The position numbers and the translations under genes are program-made. 64,000 nt of DNA from a virus, in the UHGV virus genome UHGV-0090252; one strand, given 5' to 3'. The notes below the pieces were generated by a model. The model ran no database searches. It saw nothing but the letters and a program-made list of their open reading frames with translations, and was not told the origin of the DNA. Of this stretch, positions 45,215 through 53,757 are shown piece after piece (positions within the stretch are counted from its first letter, which is position 1; every line of letters begins with the position of its first letter).

Positions 45215-45300
45215 TTTTGAATCTCCTAGTTTAAGGATTTTATTTAGTGGGGGAGGTCATTCCCTCCCGTTGATTAGTAATTTACTTGTTTTGATAGCTG
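45215..45300 (-). promoter_or_regulatory. conserved leader type 1 (hairpin GGGGAGG-6 nt-CCTCCCC plus SD)
   Basis: Perfect 7-bp GC stem about 45 nt before the ATG; followed by a further 140 nt non-coding gap. Confidence 0.55.
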
Positions 45301-45437
45301 ATTGCAAGCAATTTTTTAAGCTTATCTATAAAGAACCTTTTAAGTGAATCCCTTTTAGATAAACCCCCCTCGAACAACATTACCAATGTCAAGGGGTATT
45401 GTCAACACTTTTTTGAAAGTTTTTTGTAAGTTGTTGA

Positions 45438-45779
45438 TTAACTGATGAATATTTTTTCAGGTTTTACATAGCTGATACGTTGGATTTTTAGCAGGTCATC
45501 CCAGATTAGTGCGGCAATATGAGCATAACCGGATTCACGTAGAAGCTTCATTGCTTTACTTCTCGTTTCAAATCGGTTTGCATAGTACTCGCTGCTCAGG
45601 GTTGTTTTCTTCCCTTCATTGTCTACATGAATAATCTGCATTACTTGGAAGGGGCTTACATCCTCGCCTTTATTCCATTGCTCAAAGTATTTTAGGCACT
45701 GCATAGGTGTCATCTTATCACTTACTTGGGTTGACCAAGATGAATCCGGTTTATTGGTGATTACAGTTACATAAGCCAT
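45438..45779 (-). CDS. hypothetical protein, array gene C
   Basis: 113 aa. Confidence 0.55.
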   Translation of the reverse strand: MAYVTVITNKPDSSWSTQVSDKMTPMQCLKYFEQWNKGEDVSPFQVMQIIHVDNEGKKTTLSSEYYANRFETRSKAMKLLRESGYAHIAALIWDDLLKIQRISYVKPEKIFIS

Positions 45780-45870
45780 TTTTGAATCTCCTAGTTTAAG
45801 GATTTTATTTAGTGGGGGAGGTCATTCCCTCCCCGTTGATTGACAATTTACAGACTTTTATCAGGCTTGT
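45780..45870 (-). promoter_or_regulatory. conserved leader type 1
   Basis: Same sequence family as 44616-44683. Confidence 0.55.
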
Positions 45871-46104
45871 CTAGTCTTTTTCAATGATAATTTCATATTG
45901 ACCATCAACACTATCAAAATAAATGCCGTCGTCGTCTTCTGTCTTAAAGTAGCATTGAATATCATCACTTGCGGGGTAGTCTTGCCTTGCTATCTGGCAA
46001 ACTTGAATAGCATTTTCTTTACTTCCTGTAAACTCCTCAAGCCCTTTAAAATCGCATGAATGACCATTACAGATGGAAAGGATGAGATAAATGGTTGTAA
46101 GCAT
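45871..46104 (-). CDS. small Cys-containing protein, array gene D
   Basis: 77 aa. Confidence 0.5.
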   Translation of the reverse strand: MLTTIYLILSICNGHSCDFKGLEEFTGSKENAIQVCQIARQDYPASDDIQCYFKTEDDDGIYFDSVDGQYEIIIEKD

Positions 46105-46111
46105 GATTTAA

Positions 46112-46138
46112 GCCCTCTAAAAGCCCCTACAAGGGGCT
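46112..46138 (-). terminator. hairpin plus U-run (terminator or attenuator inside the array)
   Basis: Minus-strand AGCCCCT-TGT-AGGGGCT followed by TTTTAG; replaces the conserved leader before gene D. Confidence 0.45.
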
Positions 46139-46169
46139 AATTAGTGTTTATAAGGTGATTATATAGATT

Positions 46170-46712
46170 TTAGAAAAAGCTCTTTAAATCTTTCTCTGTG
46201 ATGTTTCCTGTCAGTGTGTCCATGATGTCACAAAAAACCTGAATACTGTCCGACTGTTGAACGCTTTTAGCAAGAAGTTCCAGAGACTCATCAAGATAGT
46301 TTAAATTTGGGTTATCCAGTGAAGGAAGACAAAAAGGCGAAAACATCGCATTAAACTCGGTTACGTAAACCTTTTTAATCCAACTTGCATCAAAGTACTC
46401 TGTAAAACTTGCCACGCCAGACATATTATCACAAGAATAATCATCATTCAGCTCATCCTCTGGAATATCAAGTTCCAAGATAACAATATTTTGAGTTTTC
46501 ATCTGGAAAGCGGCTGTAATAGTGGCATTACCTAATGCTTGCTGAATGCCTTCGGCTGTCATCTCTTCTTCATCGTCGCCATAGATTTTATTTTCTGGAT
46601 ACACGTAAAAATTACCGTCCATGTCCGAACAATTCCATGCGCCTGATGGTTTATCGCCGTTATTAATCAGGTTGAGGAAGTTTTCTTGAGTAGTACCGTG
46701 AAAGCATTTCAT
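46170..46712 (-). CDS. hypothetical acidic protein, array gene E
   Basis: 180 aa. Confidence 0.55.
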   Translation of the reverse strand: MKCFHGTTQENFLNLINNGDKPSGAWNCSDMDGNFYVYPENKIYGDDEEEMTAEGIQQALGNATITAAFQMKTQNIVILELDIPEDELNDDYSCDNMSGVASFTEYFDASWIKKVYVTEFNAMFSPFCLPSLDNPNLNYLDESLELLAKSVQQSDSIQVFCDIMDTLTGNITEKDLKSFF

Positions 46713-46797
46713 TTTTGAATCTCCAGTCTAGGATTTAGTGGTAAAGCTCTTTATCTGGAGCTTAAGATATCAACTTTTAAGCCCCCTGTAAAGTACT
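46713..46797 (-). promoter_or_regulatory. conserved leader type 2 (hairpin GGGGCTTAA-loop-TTAAGCCCC plus SD)
   Basis: Near-identical copies before array genes G, J, K (and hybrid before L). Confidence 0.55.
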
Positions 46798-47001
46798 TTA
46801 TCGGTTATTTTTGACAACTTTTAAAACAGCACGGTAACCTAAGCAATAGGAATCACCGAAGAGCGACCGACCCATGAAGGAGTCCTCTGTAATATCTTTC
46901 GCCGTGACGGTTTTTTCTACGCCGTGAAAAAGAACTACATCCCCGGCTTTAATGTCTTTGATGTGTGTGGTTTCAATGGTTAAGCCGTTAATAATAGCCA
47001 T
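46798..47001 (-). CDS. small protein, array gene F
   Basis: 67 aa. Confidence 0.5.
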   Translation of the reverse strand: MAIINGLTIETTHIKDIKAGDVVLFHGVEKTVTAKDITEDSFMGRSLFGDSYCLGYRAVLKVVKNNR

Positions 47002-47111
47002 TTTAGAATCTCCTAGTTTAAGGGCTTTATGTAGTGGGGGGGATGGTCATTCCCTCCCCGTTGATGTGTAATTTAATATATATATATAAAAACCAGTGTC
47101 AACAAAAATTT
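47002..47111 (-). promoter_or_regulatory. conserved leader type 1 plus (TA)5 tract
   Basis: Type 1 hairpin and SD; atatatatata at about 47078-47089. Confidence 0.5.
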
Positions 47112-47516
47112 TTAAAGTTCTGCATAAATTGCATCACAGATATTACGGAAGTCGTGATTTGACAAATTACGCTGCAACCAAGTGGCGAAAAAGTCAGCGA
47201 TTGCATAATTAGCATCATACTCGACGGATAGCCATACTTTTACGGCGAATCTGAACATTTTTAAATCAAGCTCTTTATTCATTACCTTAGATTTGCCCAA
47301 CATGTCAGCCATTTCATATTGCGCACCGTCTAGCGTGATACCTGCTGCAACGTCAGTTAATGAGTTTTTCACGTTTTCAACGTCTAAGATAACACTTTGA
47401 ATCTTCCCAATAATGTTGTGCAATGTTTCATCAGGTGCTGATGATGTCAGAACATTAATCCGGTTAACTGTCAAACGTGCTTTTAAGATTGATAACTCAC
47501 GGTTATTAATAGCCAT
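47112..47516 (-). CDS. hypothetical protein, array gene G
   Basis: 134 aa. Confidence 0.55.
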   Translation of the reverse strand: MAINNRELSILKARLTVNRINVLTSSAPDETLHNIIGKIQSVILDVENVKNSLTDVAAGITLDGAQYEMADMLGKSKVMNKELDLKMFRFAVKVWLSVEYDANYAIADFFATWLQRNLSNHDFRNICDAIYAEL

Positions 47517-47603
47517 TTTTGAATCTCCAATTTAGGATTTAGTGGTAAAGCTCTTTATCTGGGGCTTACTTTATCGAACTATAAGCCCCCTGTAAAGTAC
47601 TTT
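47517..47603 (-). promoter_or_regulatory. conserved leader type 2
   Basis: Hairpin GGGGCTTA-13 nt-TAAGCCCC. Confidence 0.55.
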
Positions 47604-47876
47604 TTATACTAAATGCAGTTTTTTACCTTTTACTATGATGTAACTTGATGCGCTATTACTTTGCACATCTTGATAAATTCTACGCAAACGGCCTTCGTAG
47701 TATACTTTCCAACTGGTTGGAATCTTTTTCCCGTATCCTGTAGCAGTTTTTTGCAGTCCTGCAAGTTGCCAATCAAGAATATGTTGTTCAGCTTGTAAAT
47801 CCTCGAAGTGCATTACGCCGTTCACATAGTGGCGCAGGGTTACGTTTAAGGTGCGACCGTTGTTAGTAGTATACAT
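47604..47876 (-). CDS. hypothetical protein, array gene H
   Basis: 90 aa. Confidence 0.5.
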   Translation of the reverse strand: MYTTNNGRTLNVTLRHYVNGVMHFEDLQAEQHILDWQLAGLQKTATGYGKKIPTSWKVYYEGRLRRIYQDVQSNSASSYIIVKGKKLHLV

Positions 47877-47966
47877 TTTAGAATCTCCTAGTTTAAGGGC
47901 TTTATGTAGTGGGGAAGGTCATTCCCTCCCCGTTGATTAGTAATTTACTTGTTTTTAAAATCAAAA
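47877..47966 (-). promoter_or_regulatory. conserved leader type 1
   Basis: Type 1 hairpin and SD. Confidence 0.55.
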
Positions 47967-48299
47967 TCAAGATAAATTTTTTCGTTTGCTCAGTTCTTGA
48001 ACAATTACAGCGTAGTAGTCTTTTAAGTCACTGATATTTAAAGCATTTATCAGAGAGTTATAATCATCGACTAACTGAAAATCATCTTTAAAGATGTCGC
48101 TGATTTGATAAGTTCTCGATTGAAATCTGAAACTCATTTCTAACCGTTTTATTTGTTCATCACTTAAACGCTCCAGAAAGCTCATTACAAGGCTATTATT
48201 GACCTGTTGCGTGATTGCCTTACTTGCCAGAGTATAGGCGCTGTACGCCTTATATAGCGCCATAATAGCAATGATTGCAGTGATGCCAGTCATTAGCAT
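47967..48299 (-). CDS. membrane-associated protein, array gene I (translationally coupled to J)
   Basis: 110 aa; N-terminal hydrophobic helix; 7-nt overlap with upstream gene, no leader of its own. Confidence 0.5.
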   Translation of the reverse strand: MLMTGITAIIAIMALYKAYSAYTLASKAITQQVNNSLVMSFLERLSDEQIKRLEMSFRFQSRTYQISDIFKDDFQLVDDYNSLINALNISDLKDYYAVIVQELSKRKNLS

Positions 48300-48589
48300 G
48301 GTGATTCCTCTTTACGTGATACTTTGCCGCTTACAGTTATCTCATAAGATTCTAATAAATCACTTTTAGACTTTACAGGGCTTTTAAAAGTATTATCGTA
48401 AATATTGACTTGCAATACAGGGTTTTTATACTCCCTGCAACTATTCCATAAGCAAATCACTACACGACGGCCTTTAATTTTGCCGTGTAACCATTCCATA
48501 ACATCATGATTATTTCTTGATGTTTCAATGAAATCAATTTTATTAAGTAACTTGCTCAGATTTTCACGAACTTTATTTGATAATTTCAT
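48293..48589 (-). CDS. hypothetical protein, array gene J
   Basis: 98 aa. Confidence 0.5.
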   Translation of the reverse strand: MKLSNKVRENLSKLLNKIDFIETSRNNHDVMEWLHGKIKGRRVVICLWNSCREYKNPVLQVNIYDNTFKSPVKSKSDLLESYEITVSGKVSRKEESPC

Positions 48590-48677
48590 TTTAGAATCTC
48601 CAATTTAGGATTTAGTGGTAAAGCTCTTTATCTGGGGCTTACTTTATCGAACTATAAGCCCCCTGTAAAGTACTTTA
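48590..48677 (-). promoter_or_regulatory. conserved leader type 2
   Basis: Identical over about 80 nt to 47517-47603. Confidence 0.55.
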
Positions 48678-48968
48678 TTAGTTAATTTTCAGCTTTGCAT
48701 GACCTCTCATTGTACGAATGGGGGAGGTTAAGGCTACGCGTCTAATATATGCCTTTTTCGTGTATATATTTGTCTTCCCGATAGTGTTTACACATGTAAA
48801 AAGGTTTATTGGTGAATTTTTTAACTTCAACTGTTTATCAACCTTCACGCCCCACCTTACAGCAGACTGTTTTCCGTTGTCAACAACTTTACCGCATAAC
48901 TTTTTAGCCATAATGCGAGCATCATCACGAGTTTTTGCAGTAATTACAACGTTTTTGATAATAGCCAT
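48678..48968 (-). CDS. small basic protein, array gene K
   Basis: Start set to the leader-aligned ATG at 48968 (ORF track extends to 48983 into the leader). Confidence 0.5.
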   Translation of the reverse strand: MAIIKNVVITAKTRDDARIMAKKLCGKVVDNGKQSAVRWGVKVDKQLKLKNSPINLFTCVNTIGKTNIYTKKAYIRRVALTSPIRTMRGHAKLKIN

Positions 48969-49054
48969 TTTTAAGTTCTCCAATTTAGGATTTAGTGGTA
49001 AAGCTCTTTATCTGGGGCTTAAGATATCAACTTTTAAGCCCCCTGTAAAGTACT
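48969..49054 (-). promoter_or_regulatory. conserved leader type 2
   Basis: Hairpin GGGGCTTAA-11 nt-TTAAGCCCC. Confidence 0.55.
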
Positions 49055-49438
49055 TTATTTGTTAATTTTGAAGATAGTTACATAACCATCGCTACCAATG
49101 ATTTGCGGCACTCCAACTTTTTCTACTGAATAGCCCATATTTTCAAGATGATAAATGGCATCATCATAACCATATGCGCCACCCTGATAACGTCTCTTAT
49201 TGCATTTTATCAGGTTTTTTCCACGTCCTGCAAGTGCATTCAGTATGGTTTTTTCGCTTGAGAGTGTACCATCTATCATGGTTGCCGTGTAATGGTTGAT
49301 TTTATTCCCGTTGATGTCATATTTAAAATTAAATGAGTGAACAACAATTTTATTGCCTTTGAAATTCTCATCAAGTGACTTCTCCAGTACGTTGCGAAAG
49401 TTGTCTTTGTTGATGAATTTCGGTGCACGATAAGCCAT
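49055..49438 (-). CDS. hypothetical protein, array gene L
   Basis: 127 aa. Confidence 0.55.
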   Translation of the reverse strand: MAYRAPKFINKDNFRNVLEKSLDENFKGNKIVVHSFNFKYDINGNKINHYTATMIDGTLSSEKTILNALAGRGKNLIKCNKRRYQGGAYGYDDAIYHLENMGYSVEKVGVPQIIGSDGYVTIFKINK

Positions 49439-49529
49439 TTCTGAATCTCCTAGTTTAAGGGTTAATGTGGTAAAGCTCTTTATCTGGGGCTTAAGATATC
49501 AACTTTTAAGCCCCCTGTAAAGTACTTTA
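49439..49529 (-). promoter_or_regulatory. conserved leader, type 1/type 2 hybrid
   Basis: Type 1 SD-proximal part joined to type 2 hairpin. Confidence 0.5.
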
Positions 49530-49736
49530 TTAGATATCGTAGTAATAAACTGCTGTCTGTCTTATGTGCTTTCTTGTATTTCTTGTAAGGTAGCAATCAG
49601 AGTTGATTGCTGTTTCTACATAGTTGCAATAGTCAGCTTCTGATATTCTAGACCATACGCCACAGATTTGCATGTAAAAACGTTTTACCTTTGTGTTAAC
49701 GTTAGTTGTAACCATCAATTCACGACCGTATAGCAT
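49530..49736 (-). CDS. small protein, array gene M (first gene of array)
   Basis: 68 aa. Confidence 0.5.
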   Translation of the reverse strand: MLYGRELMVTTNVNTKVKRFYMQICGVWSRISEADYCNYVETAINSDCYLTRNTRKHIRQTAVYYYDI

Positions 49737-49790
49737 TTTTAAGTTCTCCTAGTTTAAGGCTGTCGGGCTTGTCGCCCCGTCTGATGCAAA

Positions 49791-49818
49791 TACTATAAAA
49801 ACCCGTTCAAGGAGTCAA
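49791..49818 (-). promoter_or_regulatory. candidate sigma70-like promoter for the small-gene array (TTGACT ... TATAGT)
   Basis: Minus-strand TTGACT and TATAGT with 15-16 bp spacer, AT-rich upstream. Confidence 0.35.
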
Positions 49819-49979
49819 TGAAAATTTTTAAAAATATTTTTGGCAAAAATGTAATGAAACGGGTGCGCGCGATTACCACAAAACAGAACTACAATCAAGA
49901 ATTATTTTTCAATCCGCTACAAATTTTTCTGTTGACTTTTATTTTCAGATGTGGTAGCCTTGTGAGAAATGGCGACAGC

Positions 49980-50200
49980 CCCACCTACACCCACCTACCT
50001 GCACAATTCTCAAATGATTTTTCTTGCCCGACCTGATTTTTCTCTGCACGTTTTGAAAATGAAAAAGCTCTTTGGAGATTACCTGCACAGTTTGAAAATG
50101 AATTTTCTCTTTGGAGTTCAAAATTCTCTCTACAGATTTCTCTATAGAAATATACCTGCACAATTCTGAAATGAAAAAGCCCTCCTTACCTGAAAAATTT
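49980..50200. repeat. four imperfect direct repeats of CCTGCACARTT..AAATGA(AAAAGC) in a non-coding region
   Basis: Direct reading; only short overlapping ORFs on both strands. Confidence 0.5.
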
Positions 50201-50247
50201 ACCAGATAAGAAAGGCTTAGTCTATTGTGAATATCCTACGAAGTTTC

Positions 50248-51033
50248 TTAGTTCTTTGCGTCTAAGAAGGTAACTTCTGGCGAAGAGAAAACTGTCTCGA
50301 TATCCTCATCAGTTCTTGCATAGATGTAGGTGTCTGCATCGCTACCAAATGTCACGGCAATTCTATGATTGCTCTTCGACAGGTGGGTAACTAGAGCGTT
50401 ACTTAGAGACATCTTTTCAACCGGAGGGTTACTTTGATGTATCTTACCTTTTCTTCGTCTGAAGAGGGTAACTGCATTATCCGTGAACACAACTACACCT
50501 GCAAAGTATTCTGGTTCACAGTAGTTCTTCCAACCTGAGCGTAACTTGTGGTACATCTCTCCTTCATAGACATACAGATAAACATCCACACTCTTCATCA
50601 CCTGATTGATGATAACTGTGACAGCTTGAGGGTCAAGTCCACCAATACCTGCACCAATCATAGGTAAACCAACTTTCTTCAACTGATTGACTTCACAGTA
50701 TCTGTTAAGCTGTTTCAAAGATGACTCTAAAGCACTGTATCGTGCATCTTTACCAGTATGAAGTTGGGTGTAAAGGTTAGCTATACGACCTTGTTTTAAA
50801 CGTGCTACAGATAAATTACCTAGTAAATTTTCACAGGGTTTGTGACGAATGCCACCTGCAAACAGGTAAACTTCTGTGTCAGTATCATACACTTTTGGAT
50901 AACGCTTAGAAATAGTTGCTGCAATACCTGCACCCATGAAATTCATACAGTTGCAACCATGACCAATGATATCAAATTTACCTTTATCAAATGCTTCAAA
51001 GATATCACCTTTGATGATTTTTACAATACCCAT
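50248..51033 (-). CDS. macro-domain protein (ADP-ribose binding/processing) with C-terminal extension
   Basis: 261 aa; macro-domain-like motifs GDI..DIIGHGCNCMNFMGAGIAATI and VGLPMIGAGIGGLDP. Confidence 0.65.
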   Translation of the reverse strand: MGIVKIIKGDIFEAFDKGKFDIIGHGCNCMNFMGAGIAATISKRYPKVYDTDTEVYLFAGGIRHKPCENLLGNLSVARLKQGRIANLYTQLHTGKDARYSALESSLKQLNRYCEVNQLKKVGLPMIGAGIGGLDPQAVTVIINQVMKSVDVYLYVYEGEMYHKLRSGWKNYCEPEYFAGVVVFTDNAVTLFRRRKGKIHQSNPPVEKMSLSNALVTHLSKSNHRIAVTFGSDADTYIYARTDEDIETVFSSPEVTFLDAKN

Positions 51034-51234
51034 TTAACATCTCTCCCAAGATTCTTTATCTTCTGAAGGTTTTACACGCTGTCCTTCGTGGTCTACCCAG
51101 ATGCACCCACAACCTTCACAGATTACTGGCATTGCATAGCCAGCCTTAAAGTCATCTTCAGTGATGAGACCTTTTAAGTCACCTGTATCACGTCCGAACA
51201 TTTCGATAGAACAATCTTTGCAGAAGTCAGCCAT
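51034..51234 (-). CDS. small zinc-ribbon protein
   Basis: Start placed at ATG 51234 (MADFCKDC...; ORF track extends to 51312); CKDC and CEGCGC cysteine pairs. Confidence 0.4.
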   Translation of the reverse strand: MADFCKDCSIEMFGRDTGDLKGLITEDDFKAGYAMPVICEGCGCIWVDHEGQRVKPSEDKESWERC

Positions 51235-51454
51235 GAATAATTGCCTCTTGAATGATAATACCTTTACCACAACGACTTTTAAAGTCTTCCAATGGTTCAG
51301 AGATGAAGCCACGTAAGCAGTCAGTGAATACTAAGTTTTTCCTGTAAGCTATCACATCATTTGCTGTAAATGGGATGACCTCATTTCGTCCAATGAACAC
51401 TGCTGACCTGATAAGTTTTCGTGTCTTTTTATCTCTGGCTAGTATTACTTTCAT
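51227..51454 (-). CDS. hypothetical protein
   Basis: 75 aa. Confidence 0.4.
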   Translation of the reverse strand: MKVILARDKKTRKLIRSAVFIGRNEVIPFTANDVIAYRKNLVFTDCLRGFISEPLEDFKSRCGKGIIIQEAIIHG

Positions 51455-51755
51455 AGTTTACCTTCTCAGTTAGCTCATATAAATCAACATGCTCAATACT
51501 GTCAATGTTGATATTAATCTTTTTGAAACGTTCTATCACTTCGTTATCAGTCATCCATATCAGACACCAATGATTCTGGATGGATTCTTCAAGAAGGTCA
51601 ACACAATCTTTAAAAGTTTTTGTATCACTTCTTGTTCCTACTACTGCGATTGTTCCATACAGCCACTTACCATTGCCATAAGTTACTTGTGCTACACCAA
51701 CCTCTTTACCTTTCTCGTAGTAAACGGCTACAAAGTCTCTTCCATTAATCTGCAT
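51429..51755 (-). CDS. hypothetical protein
   Basis: 108 aa. Confidence 0.45.
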   Translation of the reverse strand: MQINGRDFVAVYYEKGKEVGVAQVTYGNGKWLYGTIAVVGTRSDTKTFKDCVDLLEESIQNHWCLIWMTDNEVIERFKKININIDSIEHVDLYELTEKVNYESNTSQR

Positions 51756-51757
51756 AG

Positions 51758-52027
51758 TTACTTCCTCGTTTTGAGAACTGCTAAGATTTCTTTAGAGTCT
51801 GGTAAGAACCATGTGTAGTGATTCTCTTTGATTTCTGGATGAGTGTCAACCTTTATTTTGCAGTCTTTACCGACATGCTTAAGCTGTGCTGTGACACCTT
51901 GCATAAAGATATGACACATCACATTATCCATAATGGTTGGTATGAAGTCAATTCGCATATAAGTTTCTTTTGGTCGTGGTAACAGTAAGTAACCTTCTAC
52001 ATAGAAAGTATCTTCATTCTCTGTCAT
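51758..52027 (-). CDS. hypothetical protein
   Basis: 89 aa. Confidence 0.45.
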   Translation of the reverse strand: MTENEDTFYVEGYLLLPRPKETYMRIDFIPTIMDNVMCHIFMQGVTAQLKHVGKDCKIKVDTHPEIKENHYTWFLPDSKEILAVLKTRK

Positions 52028-52293
52028 TGCTGCTTATTCCCTAATAAAATCATGTCAATAAGGTTGTTAGCTTTGATTGTGCACTGGTAAAAGCCGTCAC
52101 GATAGAACTCAAGGGCTGCTGCTACATCACTGCCTGTGTTGCCTTTGATGATATACCGTGATTCTTCTTGAGTGTACTTATCACTCTCACTTACTTGGGA
52201 GTTTTTGAATGTACTGCTCACTTTGTTCGTTGAACACCCTGACATAGTTATCAGTAACACAAACATTATAAAACTCTGGCTTAGTTTTTTCAT
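52024..52293 (-). CDS. o-spanin-like outer-membrane lipoprotein (overlaps i-spanin-like gene)
   Basis: 89 aa; signal peptide with lipobox-like ITMSGC; starts inside the upstream gene in another frame. Confidence 0.5.
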   Translation of the reverse strand: MKKLSQSFIMFVLLITMSGCSTNKVSSTFKNSQVSESDKYTQEESRYIIKGNTGSDVAAALEFYRDGFYQCTIKANNLIDMILLGNKQQ

Positions 52294-52534
52294 ATGTTAG
52301 TACCTCTTTTGTATGCTTATTCTTAGCAAGCACATCCTTCAAATCATTTTTGTAATTGGTGCTCAATGTTACTAATCCTTCCTGATAAGCATCTTTAGCA
52401 ACACTTATGAGCTTTTGATTGTTTAGCTCAGTTTCAGCAACTTGATAGTCTCTGTAAGAGTATCCTCCCCAGACACCTGCCCCAACTAAGAAAACAATTA
52501 TGAAAGTAGCTTGACAGAACTCTTTAAATGTCAT
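52187..52534 (-). CDS. i-spanin-like protein (N-terminal TM, periplasmic coiled coil)
   Basis: 115 aa; hydrophobic helix ATFIIVFLVGAGVWGGY followed by charged helical region. Confidence 0.5.
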   Translation of the reverse strand: MTFKEFCQATFIIVFLVGAGVWGGYSYRDYQVAETELNNQKLISVAKDAYQEGLVTLSTNYKNDLKDVLAKNKHTKEVLTYEKTKPEFYNVCVTDNYVRVFNEQSEQYIQKLPSK

Positions 52535-52586
52535 TTAACAATCTCCTGAAATGAAAAAGGCTCCCGAAGGAGCCTGTATCTTAACC

Positions 52587-53051
52587 TTAACCGAGGACTT
52601 TAGCAAGGACATTTGCAGCCATCGAAGAAGCTTTTGCAGCAGCAGCTACCCCAGCTTTGACAGTGCTATCCTTGATAGCAGATACCGTTGCAGCATCAGT
52701 AAAGAGGTAAGTAGTTGTTTTAGAACCACTTGTGAAGGAAAGCATAAGAGCAGTTTCCAGATTGAAAGAGCGATACGGAGCACCTTCTTTAACGATACCT
52801 TCAGCACCTAACTCTGAAGCCATACCCATATCATAGATAGTCATCAGGTTTTCTTTGTGTGCAGTCGTTGAACCAGCACCTTTGACGTGTTTCTTAACAT
52901 TCAGAAGAGCACGATACTCTCGGATGTTACCGTCTGCTTTTACATTGACAGCACGGAAGATTTTACCCTCAAAGTTGCTTTTGATAATGTTACGAACTAC
53001 TTCAGATTTGTTTGCTGTAACGTCCAGTGCTACCGTAATGATATTGTTCAT
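52587..53051 (-). CDS. hypothetical protein
   Basis: 154 aa; terminator-like hairpin GGCTCC-cgaa-GGAGCC downstream at about 52557-52574. Confidence 0.45.
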   Translation of the reverse strand: MNNIITVALDVTANKSEVVRNIIKSNFEGKIFRAVNVKADGNIREYRALLNVKKHVKGAGSTTAHKENLMTIYDMGMASELGAEGIVKEGAPYRSFNLETALMLSFTSGSKTTTYLFTDAATVSAIKDSTVKAGVAAAAKASSMAANVLAKVLG

Positions 53052-53061
53052 AAGTTTTCTC

Positions 53062-53757
53062 TCAATGTTTTACTAACATAGTTTTAATGTGTGGAAGGAT
53101 TCTGTTCACCTTCTGCACATTCTTCTCTGTATCTTCTATAAAACATACTATATCAAAGTAAGGCAGAATGCAAGACTGAATCATCCTCACTTTCAAACTT
53201 TCTGCACTTATAGAGTTAGTCCCAAAACCACGCATAAAAAGCATGTAATCATGCTCTATGTAATGCCTTAAAAACATCTCAGTAGGTATTCTCTGAGATT
53301 CACCTCTCGCTGTCAAGAGTCCAATGGCGGCATGATTAGCAATTGCGTCAATGATGTTGAAAACATACGTTGGTTTTGCTCTTACAGAGTCAAGCAAATT
53401 AGTGTACTGTGAAAATGACCCATCAATCAATTCCATTGAGCAATCTTCGTGATTAAAATTTGTAAGAACACCATCAATGTCTGCTAAGATAAGGTTACCT
53501 TTTTCTACAAGGTCTTTATTGACTATGACTAAGCTATCACGACTTACACCTATAGTTTGTCCAGTCTCTTTATCTACAACATTCACAATTGGCTCTGATG
53601 TGTGGAACTCTTCGAGTGAACATACGACTTCTCTTGCGGTGTCTTCAAAATCCCTACACTGTTCTGGAGTACATACACAGGAATCAAGACCTAACTCATG
53701 AGGATGTAAGTCGTAAGCATGACACAGTACTTCATCAGACTTTTTTAATTTTTTCAT
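53062..53757 (-). CDS. HAD-superfamily hydrolase-like protein (putative nucleotidase) with Cys-rich N-terminus
   Basis: 231 aa; LILADIDGVLT resembles HAD motif I (DxDG). Confidence 0.45.
   Translation of the reverse strand: MKKLKKSDEVLCHAYDLHPHELGLDSCVCTPEQCRDFEDTAREVVCSLEEFHTSEPIVNVVDKETGQTIGVSRDSLVIVNKDLVEKGNLILADIDGVLTNFNHEDCSMELIDGSFSQYTNLLDSVRAKPTYVFNIIDAIANHAAIGLLTARGESQRIPTEMFLRHYIEHDYMLFMRGFGTNSISAESLKVRMIQSCILPYFDIVCFIEDTEKNVQKVNRILPHIKTMLVKH

Noticed and set aside
44616-49800. Conserved repeats at regular spacing resembling a CRISPR array
   Set aside because: Intervening segments are 200-550 bp and contain complete ORFs with RBS and start codons; repeats are about 85 bp, in two families, and end in a Shine-Dalgarno/ATG. 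They are gene leaders, not CRISPR repeats; no cas genes are present.
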